NCBI RefSeq assembly: GCF_964355755.1
Contig: NC_092673.1
Span: 5,332,001 to 5,396,000 of the forward strand
Reading direction: 5' to 3'
DNA: 64,000 nt
From: Antedon mediterranea
Taxonomy: Eukaryota; Animalia; Echinodermata
Part shown: positions 52,036 to 64,000 of the stretch, in pieces
How the letters are laid out: every line of letters starts with the position of its first letter
How positions within the stretch are numbered: position 1 is the stretch's first letter
Made by a program: the position numbers and the translations under genes
Notes under the pieces: model-generated
The model's input: only the letters and a program-made list of their open reading frames with translations
The model's database searches: none
Told to the model about the DNA's origin: nothing

Positions 52036-53022
52036 GGGTATGTTCAGACCTACGGAGTTATGTTTTCGTATCACAGCCAAGGTCATATTTTAATGAGCGT
52101 CGTAAGAGCAAAGTGTTCAGATTCATTGCAACGAAGTTGCGTTACAAACGGATATGATGTCACTCGCTGGCGATTAACCAAACTCTAACGCACGCATAGA
52201 CCTACCTTCGTTGTTATTAAAAGTAGTAGTGGTTGGTTTAGGAGTTACAGGCCTAGACCGAACACTTGGGCTCGGCATTATCGATTGGTTGTCAGCCATA
52301 CCAACCAGCCGATCGTTTTGGGGTTTGGGTTTATATTTGGTCTATGACCTAAAATATCATTTATGGCAGAACAATTTTCAAATCCCGTACTTGCACCGGC
52401 TCCAGATTTATTTACTCGGTCTTTCGCCGCTTTATACGACGACCCCTTCAATTTCGTTTGGATATTAATAATCCTTCTTTATGAGGATGGCCCATTCTGC
52501 TAACGTGTCCGCCATGTCGTTGAACACAGACATCTTGTTGCCGGTGCTTTTACGCCAGTTTTTCACTTCCAACCGATCTCTGAACTCAGGGCTTCCCCAC
52601 AATGAAATAAGGTATTTTACTTCGGTTTCTCGCCAATGCGCACGCTTCGATGACATTTTAAATTAATTAATATAATATTAATAATACTGTATAGTGTAAC
52701 AACAAAAGGTATGATTTTTTCGCACGTTCACTGATCACAACAAATGGATCAGCTTGGCTATACGATGAGGAGCACATGTCACGATGTGATGTGGCGAATA
52801 TTGTAATTTGATTGGCTAGATATCTAACCTAGGTCATATTCATCGATGCGTGACTTTCGTATTGTAAGCGACGTCCACTAAACTCATACCTTGAGCTTTC
52901 GTAGCGTACGAAATATCAGTGTCGTACGAGGTGGCTTCCACTAATCTTTTCCTGGTTCAGACCTATGGACTTGTACGCCGCGTACAATACGAAAGCATAA
53001 CTCCGTAGGTCTGAACAGGCCC
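52036..53022 (-). mobile_element. PIF/Harbinger non-autonomous element (987 bp)
   Basis: About 35-bp TIR gggtatgttcagacctacggagttatg / cataactccgtaggtctgaacaggccc; TAA TSD at 52033-52035 and 53023-53025; a sister repeat unit shows the empty site tatctaaagtattg. Confidence 0.92.
52300..52656 (-). pseudogene. Harbinger Myb/SANT (trihelix-like) DNA-binding ORF, frameshifted
   Basis: HWRETEVKYLISLWG...VFNDMADTLAE; in other frames GHPHK...IQTKLK..SYKAAKDRVNKSGAG...INDILGHRP. Confidence 0.75.
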
Positions 53023-56000
53023 TAAAGCATTGTTGGATTCAAATTCAAAATTAACATTTATGGTGACGTCTTGTGTCAGGGACACCAAATTGATGAGATT
53101 GCATCTTCAGGGATTTTTTTTTTGTTAGCCATTTCTGTCTCTTTTAGTGTTACTTTTTTTAATTAGATTAATTTTTTGATTCTGTTTAAATGCCGTTTTT
53201 TATCTACAGTATTGTTGGATTCAAATTCAAAATTAACATTTATGGTGGCGTCTTGTGTCAGGGACACCAAATTGATGAGATTGCATCTTCAGGGATTTTT
53301 TTTGTTGTTAGCCATTTCTGTCTCTTTTAGTGTTACTTTTTTTAATTAGATTAATTTTTTGATTCTGTTTAAATGCCATTTTTTATCTAAAGTATTGTTG
53401 GATTCAAATTCAAAATTAACATTTATGGTGGCGTCACCAATAGAGCAAAAGCAAACAATATATATATATATAAAACACAGAAATGAAAATAACAATAAGA
53501 CGTAAAGCGGTACATTTCAATTGCAGTATAAATCATATTTATACATTTTCAATTGCTAGAGGTAAATATATTAACAAAAACACGTCCACTAAGTATTGTT
53601 TGATAATAAATAATATTTTGCAATCTTTTTGAAACTATTTACATTTTGTATGTTTTGGAACAAAAGAGGCAAAGATTCCTTTAAACATGAATTTGTATAC
53701 TTAAATTAAGAATTATTCATCTAAGATCGAGTATCTTTAAATTGAAAACTATTCAAATATTAATCTAAAATAAGAGTGAAATTGGTTAAAAGGCTTTGTT
53801 GTTAATAATTCATAAATTTGATTATCCCTAGCATATCCATATATGTACTGAAGCAAGTCTGAAACAATACATTTATTGATAATAAACAGGACTGAGCATG
53901 GATAACAACGTTTTCGGAAGATACCAAATAATCGGCGAGTCTTTTGTTTTCAACCGTTTTACACTTTGTGTGCGGGAAAACACACACGTGAAATAACAGA
54001 ATTTGACACTATGCGCATCAATTTCGCTTCAATTAATATGGGATTGGTAATTCCATACAAAAACATTTTACATTTAAATATTAATGCAATTTGGAATCAA
54101 TGAAGTGTATATTCAAACTAAAAATTTTAACAATTCAGATTATATATATAAATATATTTTTAAAGTATCTAGTTTTTTCAAACATAATATACACTAATCC
54201 TGAATACTGTGTGTGCAGTACTCAGCTTTGTGGTTATAAAGTAAATGTAGAATTATAAGTTATAGAAATATCGCACTGTGAAAATTACTCAACTGTAAAA
54301 ATTAATGACCATGAATATTAAAGTTGTTCTGGATGTCAAGGCTATTACACACACTACATTGACTACAGCTAGAGTAAGCTATACAGCAGGCTGCTTCAGT
54401 GTATACTTGGTATTAGTGGTGAGAACAGAACAACATCCAGGCTCACGTTTTATTACCGGTGTCTTCACATTATGTTATTATATCTGTAGGAATCATATTT
54501 TTTTATTTATTAAATGAAATGGTGATGCAGTTCTTATGTTTACAGTGATAATTCAAAGCAAGAGAGGAATCGTTTTTTTTGGTAAGTTTGTAGTAGATAC
54601 TAAATGTTAATATTAAATTTCTTTGAATATGATATTACTTTACTTTAAAACTAGAGAGATGTTGATGTGTAAGCAATGATGTATGATGCGTAGCTCTCTC
54701 GTGGCATTCATTAAAAATAATTTAATCTCTAAAAGCCAAGTTAAGTATATGTAATTACTGTATGTAGTATATATTTTACAATCTCTATGGATTCATAGTG
54801 AATTAATGTATTTGAAAGTATAGTAAGTTGGCAGGATCATTAGGTACTAGGATATTATTCTGGGTTACTTGACATTTTCTGAACCATAATATTAATTATG
54901 AATATGTATTTACAATTATTCATGTAGAATACAGATATGCTTTCTTTGTGTATATGGATAATTATATTCTCCTCTCGTTGTTAGGAAGATCTGTATTACG
55001 TTTTGTAAACATAATCAAGGCATCTGATTATAATAATGATAATTTTTCTTAGTTTAATATTTCTTATTTTTCATAAAATCTTTTACTATTGATGTACAAA
55101 CTTTCAGGAAAGGTGGTTTGAGTTCAGAAGTTTAAACCCCAGGTTGAATTGTTATTGTTGGTCATGCATAGAGATCCCAAGTTCCATTGTGAACAGGTTG
55201 TTACAATGTGTCTCTGCTTTTTAGACTCTTTCACTTAAACATATAAACACCTGCATATAGCTTTGTACAATTGAATTGCAGAACAGATTTTTATTATAAT
55301 TACAAATTATTTTTTTGCAGAATTGGAATTAAGAGAAATTCTAAACCACTCAGTGATTTTATTAGTGAAATATTAACATTTTACAGCAATATTTAAACAA
55401 ACAGTTAAATTCAAAAACTCATTGTCTGACAGACAATTTGAATATTTTTGCTTTAAATTACAGTTTTTTTTTGGGTAGATAATTTTTTCTATATAAGGGA
55501 ATAACTATTCTTCAGAATTTGGCAGTCTACTGCAGCACACATCCATCTTTCAACACCTTCTATTTACTTTACCTCTTTTGCTATTTTCAACCAATATTAA
55601 TTGTTTTTATATTTCCTCATGTCATCTCTCCATCTAAATCTGGGTTTGCCTCCAAATTATTATGGGACATTAACATTTTATATTCTACAAACAATTTGTT
55701 GAACAATTATTTTTTTCATGTTGAAAATATATCTTTAAAGATCATATGCTTCCTATCTAAGCTTTTAAATATAAATATTCCTTAATTTATAGAATAATAA
55801 TATGTTCAACGTCATGTTATTTATGTGGCTAAAATGTTTTTACTGAGAAATGAATACAGTAAATATCATGTTTCATTTCCATTAAAATTATGATGAAAAA
55901 TTTAAGAATTTAACACATCTGTAAATTGCATAAACACTAACTTTTTATTTTTGGATCTATATACTTAAAAAAAAATTATATAGGACACTTCCAAATGATT

Positions 56001-59000
56001 GACGATACTTTATATGAATGTAAAGATGAATCCAGAAATTTTAAATTCCACACAGTAATGCTATTGTATACCATGGAAATTCCTAACTAATATTAAGTAA
56101 GTCATGCTTTTTGTCTTAAATTTTCACTTCCTGGTCCGCAGGCCTGTCTGAACCTGTAGGTGATAATATATCTTTTACTTAACCAGTTTCGTCATATTTG
56201 TTCTCCCACGGGCCTAGAACATGTCCAATGCACGCTTCTTTCAATTATCCCCAGTTGACTGTAATTTTTCGGCGCCCTTAATTCTTTCACTTGGCCTTCG
56301 GTTGTTTGATCAGTGACTTGCATTGTTCTCCACAATTCCTTCTGGGTGATATATTAATTTTGATAAAAGGAGGAGGAGATGCTGGTTAATCATAAAGTAC
56401 AGTAGGTAATAATAAAACAACCATTGTCTTGTGGGCTACCACTTCTGGTAATGAGACTTTAAGACTGAACAATGTGTCCCCTTATAGGGGGTGTCCCAAA
56501 GGAGGGGTTTTCCTGTAAGATATGATACAATAGTATTTATTGTCATTTATACAACAAGATACAAATGAAATTTGGTTGGTTGATTTACATTTGACATAAA
56601 TACAATAACAAAGAAATTACAGAGATCTAACAAACTTATGATGCATGTTGCATGTATCCTAATTTATCACATTGTCAATTTGGTTCAATGATATAATTAT
56701 TTCAATGATTATAAATATTATTATTTATTAATCACTTTTTTTAGATGTTAAAAATTCAATTCGTGGACAACCCTCTGTTTCCTTGTACATTCAGTATGCA
56801 ATGCAAGAAGTCTGCCTAAAGTCAGAACCTGTCTTGTTGTTTTTAAAGTTAAACATTATTGGACATGTTTAATATTTTTAAACTTTTATTAATAGATTCT
56901 ATTTTCTAATATTCCAACATTTTTCTAATACTGTCTAGACTCCAGTTCATAACAGTTATTGAAATATTATCACAAATCATATTTAAAGAGTGGAATTTAT
57001 ACCCATATATAGGAAGTTGATGTAGGCCTATTCCCAAGGCCAGGCGTTGCACATAGGGGGCTTGGGGTAAAAAACTTCTATTCAATTTACGGTCACCGCC
57101 TAAACAAGAAAATCTGATTTGATAAACAATGTATAAAATCCCTCTATTATGGTGTATATTATGGTAGTGATTTTCATTCACATAAAGGTACTTCGTAAGT
57201 TGCTATTATTTAAGTCTTAAAGAGGATAATTTCAGATTGGTTATTTTCTAGCCCATTCATATGGAAGTAACAGGTTTAATTTGAGTTATTTGGTTTAATC
57301 TTCTAGGCCTACCTGATTTTCTGATGATTAATTGGTATTTTGTTACCCGATATTTGATAACAGATTTTCTGAATTTATGCATGTTTGAAAATGATGATGA
57401 AGTGTTCAATTGGAATGTTGAAAATCTGCAGGTAGTTGATAAAGTGATATTTTGATTAATTGTCTATTAAATAAGGGGAAATGCTTTGTGCTATAAAAAT
57501 AATTAAAAAATACTAAGGCATCATGTAGAAATTATTTATTGACCAAAAGAATACAGCTCTAAAAACCTGAAACAAACCAAATCACCAAAAGAAGAAAATC
57601 ACCAAGAAACCCGTTCAAGTATCCATTTACTCTTTCAAATGTTTACATATTTTTTTTCTAATCTTTTTGTGCTAATCATACACACTGAAACAAACTGAAA
57701 TCATGTTATTTCTGCTGCTGTAAAAAATGTTGTTAATGCAATAACTGCAGTAAAATAATTTTGACTTTTGAATATTTTAAATATTTACTTGAAAGTGGAA
57801 TATTAATTTAATTGATTTTAAAAAAAATTTTAAATAGATAAAAAAGAAAATAATTAAAAAGATAAATACTGAAGAAAATATTATTCAAAAAATATTAATT
57901 TATTTTGCATAAAAAACAGTATAGTGAATAATAAACGAATATTATTATGTGTACAGCAGCTTTAAACATGTATCACATGTTTTACAATTTCTAAAATCAT
58001 TTAACTTTTTTTCAAAATACTCTAAATGTACATATTGATTTTTCTTGTACAATTTCATTTAATGTTCACATGTCACATATTCAAGATTTAAAATATTGAC
58101 ATGATGTACAGCATGTCCCTACTACGTGTTTTGCCTGGCCACCATGTTGTAGTAGATCGTTGCCAATGATTGCCTGCTAAGACTGAGTACTGCCTCGGAG
58201 GTCGTAGATAATTTCTCGTTTATGATTGATACAACATTAGTAAGTTTAAAATGATTTCGATTATTTTAAAATGAAGCTGTAGATCATTAATGTACTGACC
58301 TGGATATGTTCCCAGGGTTCTTGGAGTGATTGACATTATGCAGGATCCTTTTATTATAAAGACCACTCCCAAATCCATTATAGTAAAGAGACTGACTCTG
58401 TTTGCAGCATATGCAGAATAAACGATGCGACGTTTATATGCAGTGCTTATCTAACTGTGAAGCTTCTTTGCATTAGTTATTTTTGTATTCAGGCATATTA
58501 TGGCAAAGTACGTTTAAATTAAAATGTATATTTCTAACTTCAATAATGTTGTGATCCATCAATTTGAACTTGTGGATGAGTGTGTTATTGGAGTTTTGTG
58601 CCTGCTATGGAACTATTTTCTGTGGCAATTAGCATACAAATTGAATCATGTGGACTTATTCGGCCACTTGCAGTACAAATTACTTATTTTCATATGTTAT
58701 CGTCTTCAGACTATGTTTTTTTTACCTTATCCTGCGATGGATATTTTTATGGACTGTGTTTCCGCTCTGGCACTTATTAACTGATATAAGCATACATTTA
58801 CATTGTGGCCTGAGCAGTGTCATCTTCATAGGATTATTTTACTTTATTGTTTCTGTTTAAACTTCCTGATCATGCAATTCATCATATATTTACTAATAAT
58901 CGTACATTATATTTTAATGTCATAGAAGAATTTATTTTTTAGTATGTGGACTTAAAATTTTATAGTCAATAAGAAAAATAAAGCATATGAATAAATATTG

Positions 59001-59324
59001 AATATTTATACTGGAACGTCATTCAGTATTGCAAGCACGTAACATTTTAACAGATGCTTGAAAAGATCTTTATAACTAACATTATGCTACCTGCTAAATA
59101 AACAACATATAGTTATTAATATTTGCATGCTTGAGTGAGTACGTACAGTGCTATCTGTTACTCCGCAATAATTAAGTTAGTATGTAATCATTAGTCCATC
59201 CAGGGTTCACAATAAAAACATCTTACAAGTCACGCTTTTACCAATTTCTAACTAGCATTAACGATGCAAGCTTATCCTTTATAATTATAATTACTTTTAT
59301 GTAAATTGAAGAAAATAACATTAA

Positions 59325-59679
59325 AGATGTTTTCTCCCTATGAAAAAAATGTGTTTCTATTTTTTTGTTGAATATGCCTTTTATTTTTTCATTTCACATA
59401 AAATTAATAATTATCCACTTTGACCAAAAATTGGATCGAAAAAAAATGTATTTACCTGAAAGAACTGTAATTTAAGGCAAAAAATTGTCAAATTTGCTGC
59501 CAGTCGATGGTTTTTGGTGAAATTGAACCATTTATTTTGTCATTTTATAAGTGAAAACATTATTTTTTTTCATTTTTTTTTCTATGGAAGTGATAAACTT
59601 GATTAAAACTACAAAATAACATATTCAAAGTCTGATTTAATTAATCTTCATTTTTCATGTTTTGTGGGACAATACATCT
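59325..59679. mobile_element. Family C (Kolobok-like) element, full length
   Basis: TTAA at 59321-59324 and 59680-59683; collinear with the 45602 copy. Confidence 0.85.
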
Positions 59680-60034
59680 TTAACAATAATCTGTAGTCCT
59701 CCTACTACCTAGAGTTCCGTAAAATAGTAGTCCATTTCTTAAAATGAATTGTAATGCATTTCAGAGATGATCTTATTTCAGTTGAAGAAACAAATTACAA
59801 AATTCAAGTTTTTAAATTTTAAATTTTTTTTATTTCCAAGACAGACGGTCCATTAAAATGAATGACAATGCATTTTAGATCTGATCTAGTTTTTGTTAAA
59901 GAAACCGCTTGCTTATTGATAATTCAGCAATTCAACTTATTTTTTTTTTGTTATAAGCAATATCAATATTTTATTTCAAGAGAGACAATCTATTTCTTAA
60001 AATTAATGACAATGCATTTCTTCAGAGCACAGAG

Positions 60035-60069
60035 CATAAAGATATTATGTTCGCTATAATATCTCTATG
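60035..60069. mobile_element. 35-bp palindromic insertion, same family as 40820
   Basis: cataaagatattatgttcgctataatatctctatg; ttcagag-cacagag on the left, ttcagag on the right. Confidence 0.65.
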
Positions 60070-61254
60070 TTCAGAGTGATCTAGTTTTTTGTTGATTATG
60101 TTTATTGATATAAAAAGCAATGCAAGAGTTTTGTTGTTGTTATAACAATATCAATATATTTTTTAATTCCCAACATATGCAATGCATCGTTAAAACCCCT
60201 TGTTATAATATCCATATGGTAATAATAAGTATCGAGATGAGTTTCCTTTGTCTAAAATCAATATAAAGATATCTATAACTTAATTTATGGTAGTATCTGA
60301 TATATAACAATGAAGTGATATGAGTCATTAAATAGATATTGATATGGTTGATAATGAATCATTCACTGAGGGACTACCTTTATGCAAAGAAAACATGCAA
60401 GGTTGTATTATATAGCATAACTATTGTATAAGAGTAGCAGCTTTACAACAATTACTTTTAATCACAATATACTGTCTGTACATTTGATTATATTTTCAAA
60501 TGTGAAACCATTGTTGGTATTTAATTGCATTTTATTGAATTGAATGAAATGTAGTTTTTTATATATAAAGTCGGTTTATTGAAAATATTTTATAGATGCA
60601 AATTTAATAAATGAATGCAAGAAAATCTTAATTTGAACTTTTCAACTCATTTTATAAATACAACCTGCGTTTCATTTAAGTTAATTATGATGCTTTTAAG
60701 TGCTTTAGAAGCTGAATCTGGTGCTAATTTTATAATTAGCTAGAGTATGTTTTTAATTGAAATCTGGGCTAGTACTAAAAACAGTAAAGTTTTATCAATA
60801 TTATCATCTAGTATCCATATATAAACAACCAGTCTAGTACAACACTGCAGAATATTCTTAATAAAATATATATATGTAGAGATTGGATGATGAAGACAAG
60901 TTGTCCATTTTCTATTTTCTTACTGCTATTTATTCTTCTTTAAAATGCACATCTATGTATACACACGTACTCAGTGTGTACTCTCTAAATAAAAGATTGG
61001 AAAGAAAGATGTATATTACATCATGGTGCTAGATAAAATGTTTATGATGATTTTTATTGCAATCACTTTCTATAATTTAATTTATGTTGTAAATAAATCA
61101 ATACCCTGTTTGTTTAAAATGCATATAGATATTGTAAAATCTTCAGGGATGAAGTCAAAAAATAATTTGAGGGATGGGTATTGTAACCTTTTAAAACATT
61201 GCTGTAATATAGTCCATGTTTCGGGTGGTATAAAAGAAACCTGCAATTTATTAA

Positions 61255-61378
61255 GCTCTGTCTACACTTTCAAACTTTATGTGACAGATATTTTATGTTC
61301 CTATATATTGACATGATGATGTCACATCACTACCATATTTGGGCATATCACTACCATGTTTGGGCACATCAAACTTGT
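61255..61378. mobile_element. Family B MITE, missing one end
   Basis: agctctgtctacactttcaaactttatgtgaca...cactaccatatttgggcatatcactacc. Confidence 0.75.
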
Positions 61379-61804
61379 TTGTTTATTGTTTATACTGCTT
61401 TAACTTGTGAATGATTCATCAGTGATGAGTTAAGTTGTCTTATTCACACCACTAAGCTTGTAACATTCTCTTGAGTGATTGAACCATGAGATAAATTTTA
61501 TTCAGTGCAAATGCTACAAAGCATAAAAAACTGGGATCTATAATTTAGTTAGGTAAGCTTAGAATTACTCATAATTTTAGTGTGAATATAGCTAAATATT
61601 TTTCAATAATGTAGAGAAAAACAGTATATAGTAGTACGGTTGGAAGAATTTATTCGATTCATTATAGATGATACAAATACTTTGTTTTGTTTACAATGAC
61701 TTTAAATTTTACAGAACCTATAGTTATTGACTTGTTGGATTTGTAATATGCTGCTGAGGTAAAAAAAAAAGAGATTGATTAATTAGGGCACTTATCAACT
61801 ATTA

Positions 61805-61944
61805 CAGGGCCGTAGCCACTAGTATGGTTGGTAAACCTGACCACTTTTTCACAGAGGCCTTTGACAACCCAGTGGCTTGAACAGATATTGTTCCCTTTTC
61901 TTGCGAAAACCTCACCACTTTATTACTTGTGGCTATCATCACTG
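61805..61944. mobile_element. hAT-like MITE, family E, inverted copy
   Basis: cagggccgtagccac ... gtggctatcatcactg; reverse complement of 51479-51622. Confidence 0.72.
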
Positions 61945-64000
61945 TATATTGCTGTATGCCTCACCTTTAGTTTTAACATGTATGTACTACATTGTTGAAA
62001 TATATTGTTGGCTAAGTACAGTATGCAACATGTGTCCATAGTTGATTTGCATCAGGTTGATCATTTCATGATAGCTTCTATTGTAAATAGATTTACATCA
62101 CTATGAGAATTATATAATCAATAGTTAACTATTGCACATAATAATTGCATATTTATTTCATTAATGCTACAGTTTAATGTTAAAATGCTCCTTTGTATCA
62201 CTAATGATTACTTGAATTACCTCTTTGATATTTGGATATAATTAAATTTAAATACATTCATAAATATGGGCAAAAAGAAGTGCACAGTTTTTCAAAAATG
62301 TCTTCAAAAAGGCTTTAAATTTACTAAAACTGTGGTAACTGGTTCTAATTTCTATTTTAAATTGAAGTTCTAGTCTGCTTTTCCAAAAAAAAAAAAAAAA
62401 AAATTTTGGAAAAATTTTGAATATGATAAATTCGAAACAGTTATAACCTTCTTTATACATTTGCAATGTGTGTGATTGTGAAATTAAAGCCTGTACTAAC
62501 TTTGGCTGATATATTATTTTGAAAATTCTAATTTGTGAATCAATACAAAAACATCCTTAAACATTGCGTGCTATTGGAAGCCTTAAAAGATTTGTGATAA
62601 TATAAACATTTTCATTAATTGGTTGATTGAAAATGTACAAGTAGTAATTAGTACTACGAGTAAAGCTATCTCTCAAAGAAAAGGATTTTATTTAGCCATG
62701 ACTTGGAGAGGAGTTTAAAATTCATATTGTTTAATGTAGAATACAATTGTAACCATATTTTAATATGATACCACTTTGGTCTAATAGAGGTAAATCGGTC
62801 CCGAAGTTGTCCCTAAACTTAACCTTTAATTGCGTTCTACTGTCATTCTAATTTTATATTGCTTTTGTAAAATATAATTAGCAATAAGGCATATATTAGT
62901 GAGTATAGGATGACTGTAAATATGCTGCTTACTGGGTTGTGACCCTCGCATCAATAAGCGTCATTACGCAGTCCTGATACGGTCCTGATACGGTCCTGTT
63001 TCATAAACTCACTCTTTAAACATGAGCACATCATTCATTGTTTAATCAATGTTCGAATTAAAGTTATGATTATTGCAACTGATTGGGCATTTCATTTCTA
63101 TTATGCATATTGAAATTGAAAATACATGATATATTGATTGAACCATATATACAGTATTTGAACAGGTTAGAAATATTTGCATTTAATTGATGTGAAGTAC
63201 ACTGAATTTGTTTATGTTGTATTCTTTGAAGAATTTTATTATGCTGGTTTCGTTTTCAAATAAACTTCTTTACACTTCATGACTATCCAGAAACAGGTCA
63301 CTTAAAGTCTAGATACACTTTGTACAGTATAATAAAAATATTGAATATTGAATTGAAAGGTATACACACACCTTACCCCTCTCCCTCTCTCCACCCTCTT
63401 CCAAAAAAAAAAATTTAAATTGATTGTTTAATAAATTTATATTAATTTTCAATGCCTCACTGTGACATGTACTGTATTTTTATAACTTCTACCAGCAGGG
63501 AATAATAGAGTAAGCCCAGGAAAATTGCTATTCAATTACAGTACAGTTACATTTTATAATACTTTAAGATAGATAAAATGAATGATATTATGATGCCATT
63601 GGCAACAATTAAAATGTAAATTGAGAATGATACAGGAGAGGACGTAAATGAGCAAAAAACCTGAATGATGCAAATCTGCTCTGACTAATCATCTCTGTTA
63701 CGCTTAAGTATGATATTTCTATGTTATCAAAAGAGATAATGTCATATTTATTTTATTCTGCACCCCAAGCACAAAATTAAATGTTAAAAGCATACATTTG
63801 TAATGATATTGAGTATTCCATTGTATGAGTGGAAAATAATTATGCACATTGAGGGCAGTGTTTGAAAGTCAGTTGGACAATGTTATGCAAGTGAATGGTA
63901 GATATATTGTAGACATTCAGTTTGGAAGGTAGGAATATATTTCACAATTAAATAAACTTTGTTTTGTGGGGTAATGTATTGAAGATGAAAAATCTAGTTC

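Larger units (their letters stand above)
51733..53439. repeat. Tandem repeat, 181-182-bp unit x4; unit 2 is interrupted by a Harbinger element
   Basis: aaattgatgagattgcatcttcaggga at 51733, 51914, 53087 and 53269. Confidence 0.93.

Noticed and set aside
49330-53439. Regularly spaced repeats resembling a CRISPR array
   Set aside because: Whole units repeat with no unique spacers; no cas genes; eukaryotic context.
53450-64000. Short 60-97-aa ORFs
   Set aside because: F/L/I/Y/N/K-rich composition typical of chance ORFs in AT-rich DNA; no coherent exon chain.

Overview
AT-rich metazoan (invertebrate-type) genomic DNA with spliceosomal GT-AG introns; nothing here looks prokaryotic, and I see no CRISPR array, rRNA or intact tRNA. 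Three protein-coding loci can be assembled by hand. (1) The first coding exon of a JMJD1C/KDM3-family histone demethylase (- strand, 21930-22103); bases 1-21929 are probably its first intron. (2) A complete six-exon RDH11-14-type short-chain dehydrogenase (+, 24720-28919, 324 aa). (3) A complete three-coding-exon PAIP2 homologue (-, 32506-31140, 117 aa). The rest is transposons and repeats: a Sola2-like DNA transposon with ~515-bp TIRs and a nested Deu/Nin-core SINE, a Harbinger derivative carrying only a Myb/SANT ORF, Kolobok-like, Tourist-like, MULE-like and hAT-like MITEs, decayed LINE fragments and minisatellites. I did not find a clearly new biological system. The best leads are candidate P-element-type and Tc1/mariner-type excision footprints, a PAIP2 with a degenerate PAM2 motif, an SDR lacking the canonical catalytic Ser, and KDM3-PAIP2 linkage. 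All family assignments are from remembered motifs, not database searches. Most short ORFs in the supplied track are spurious.
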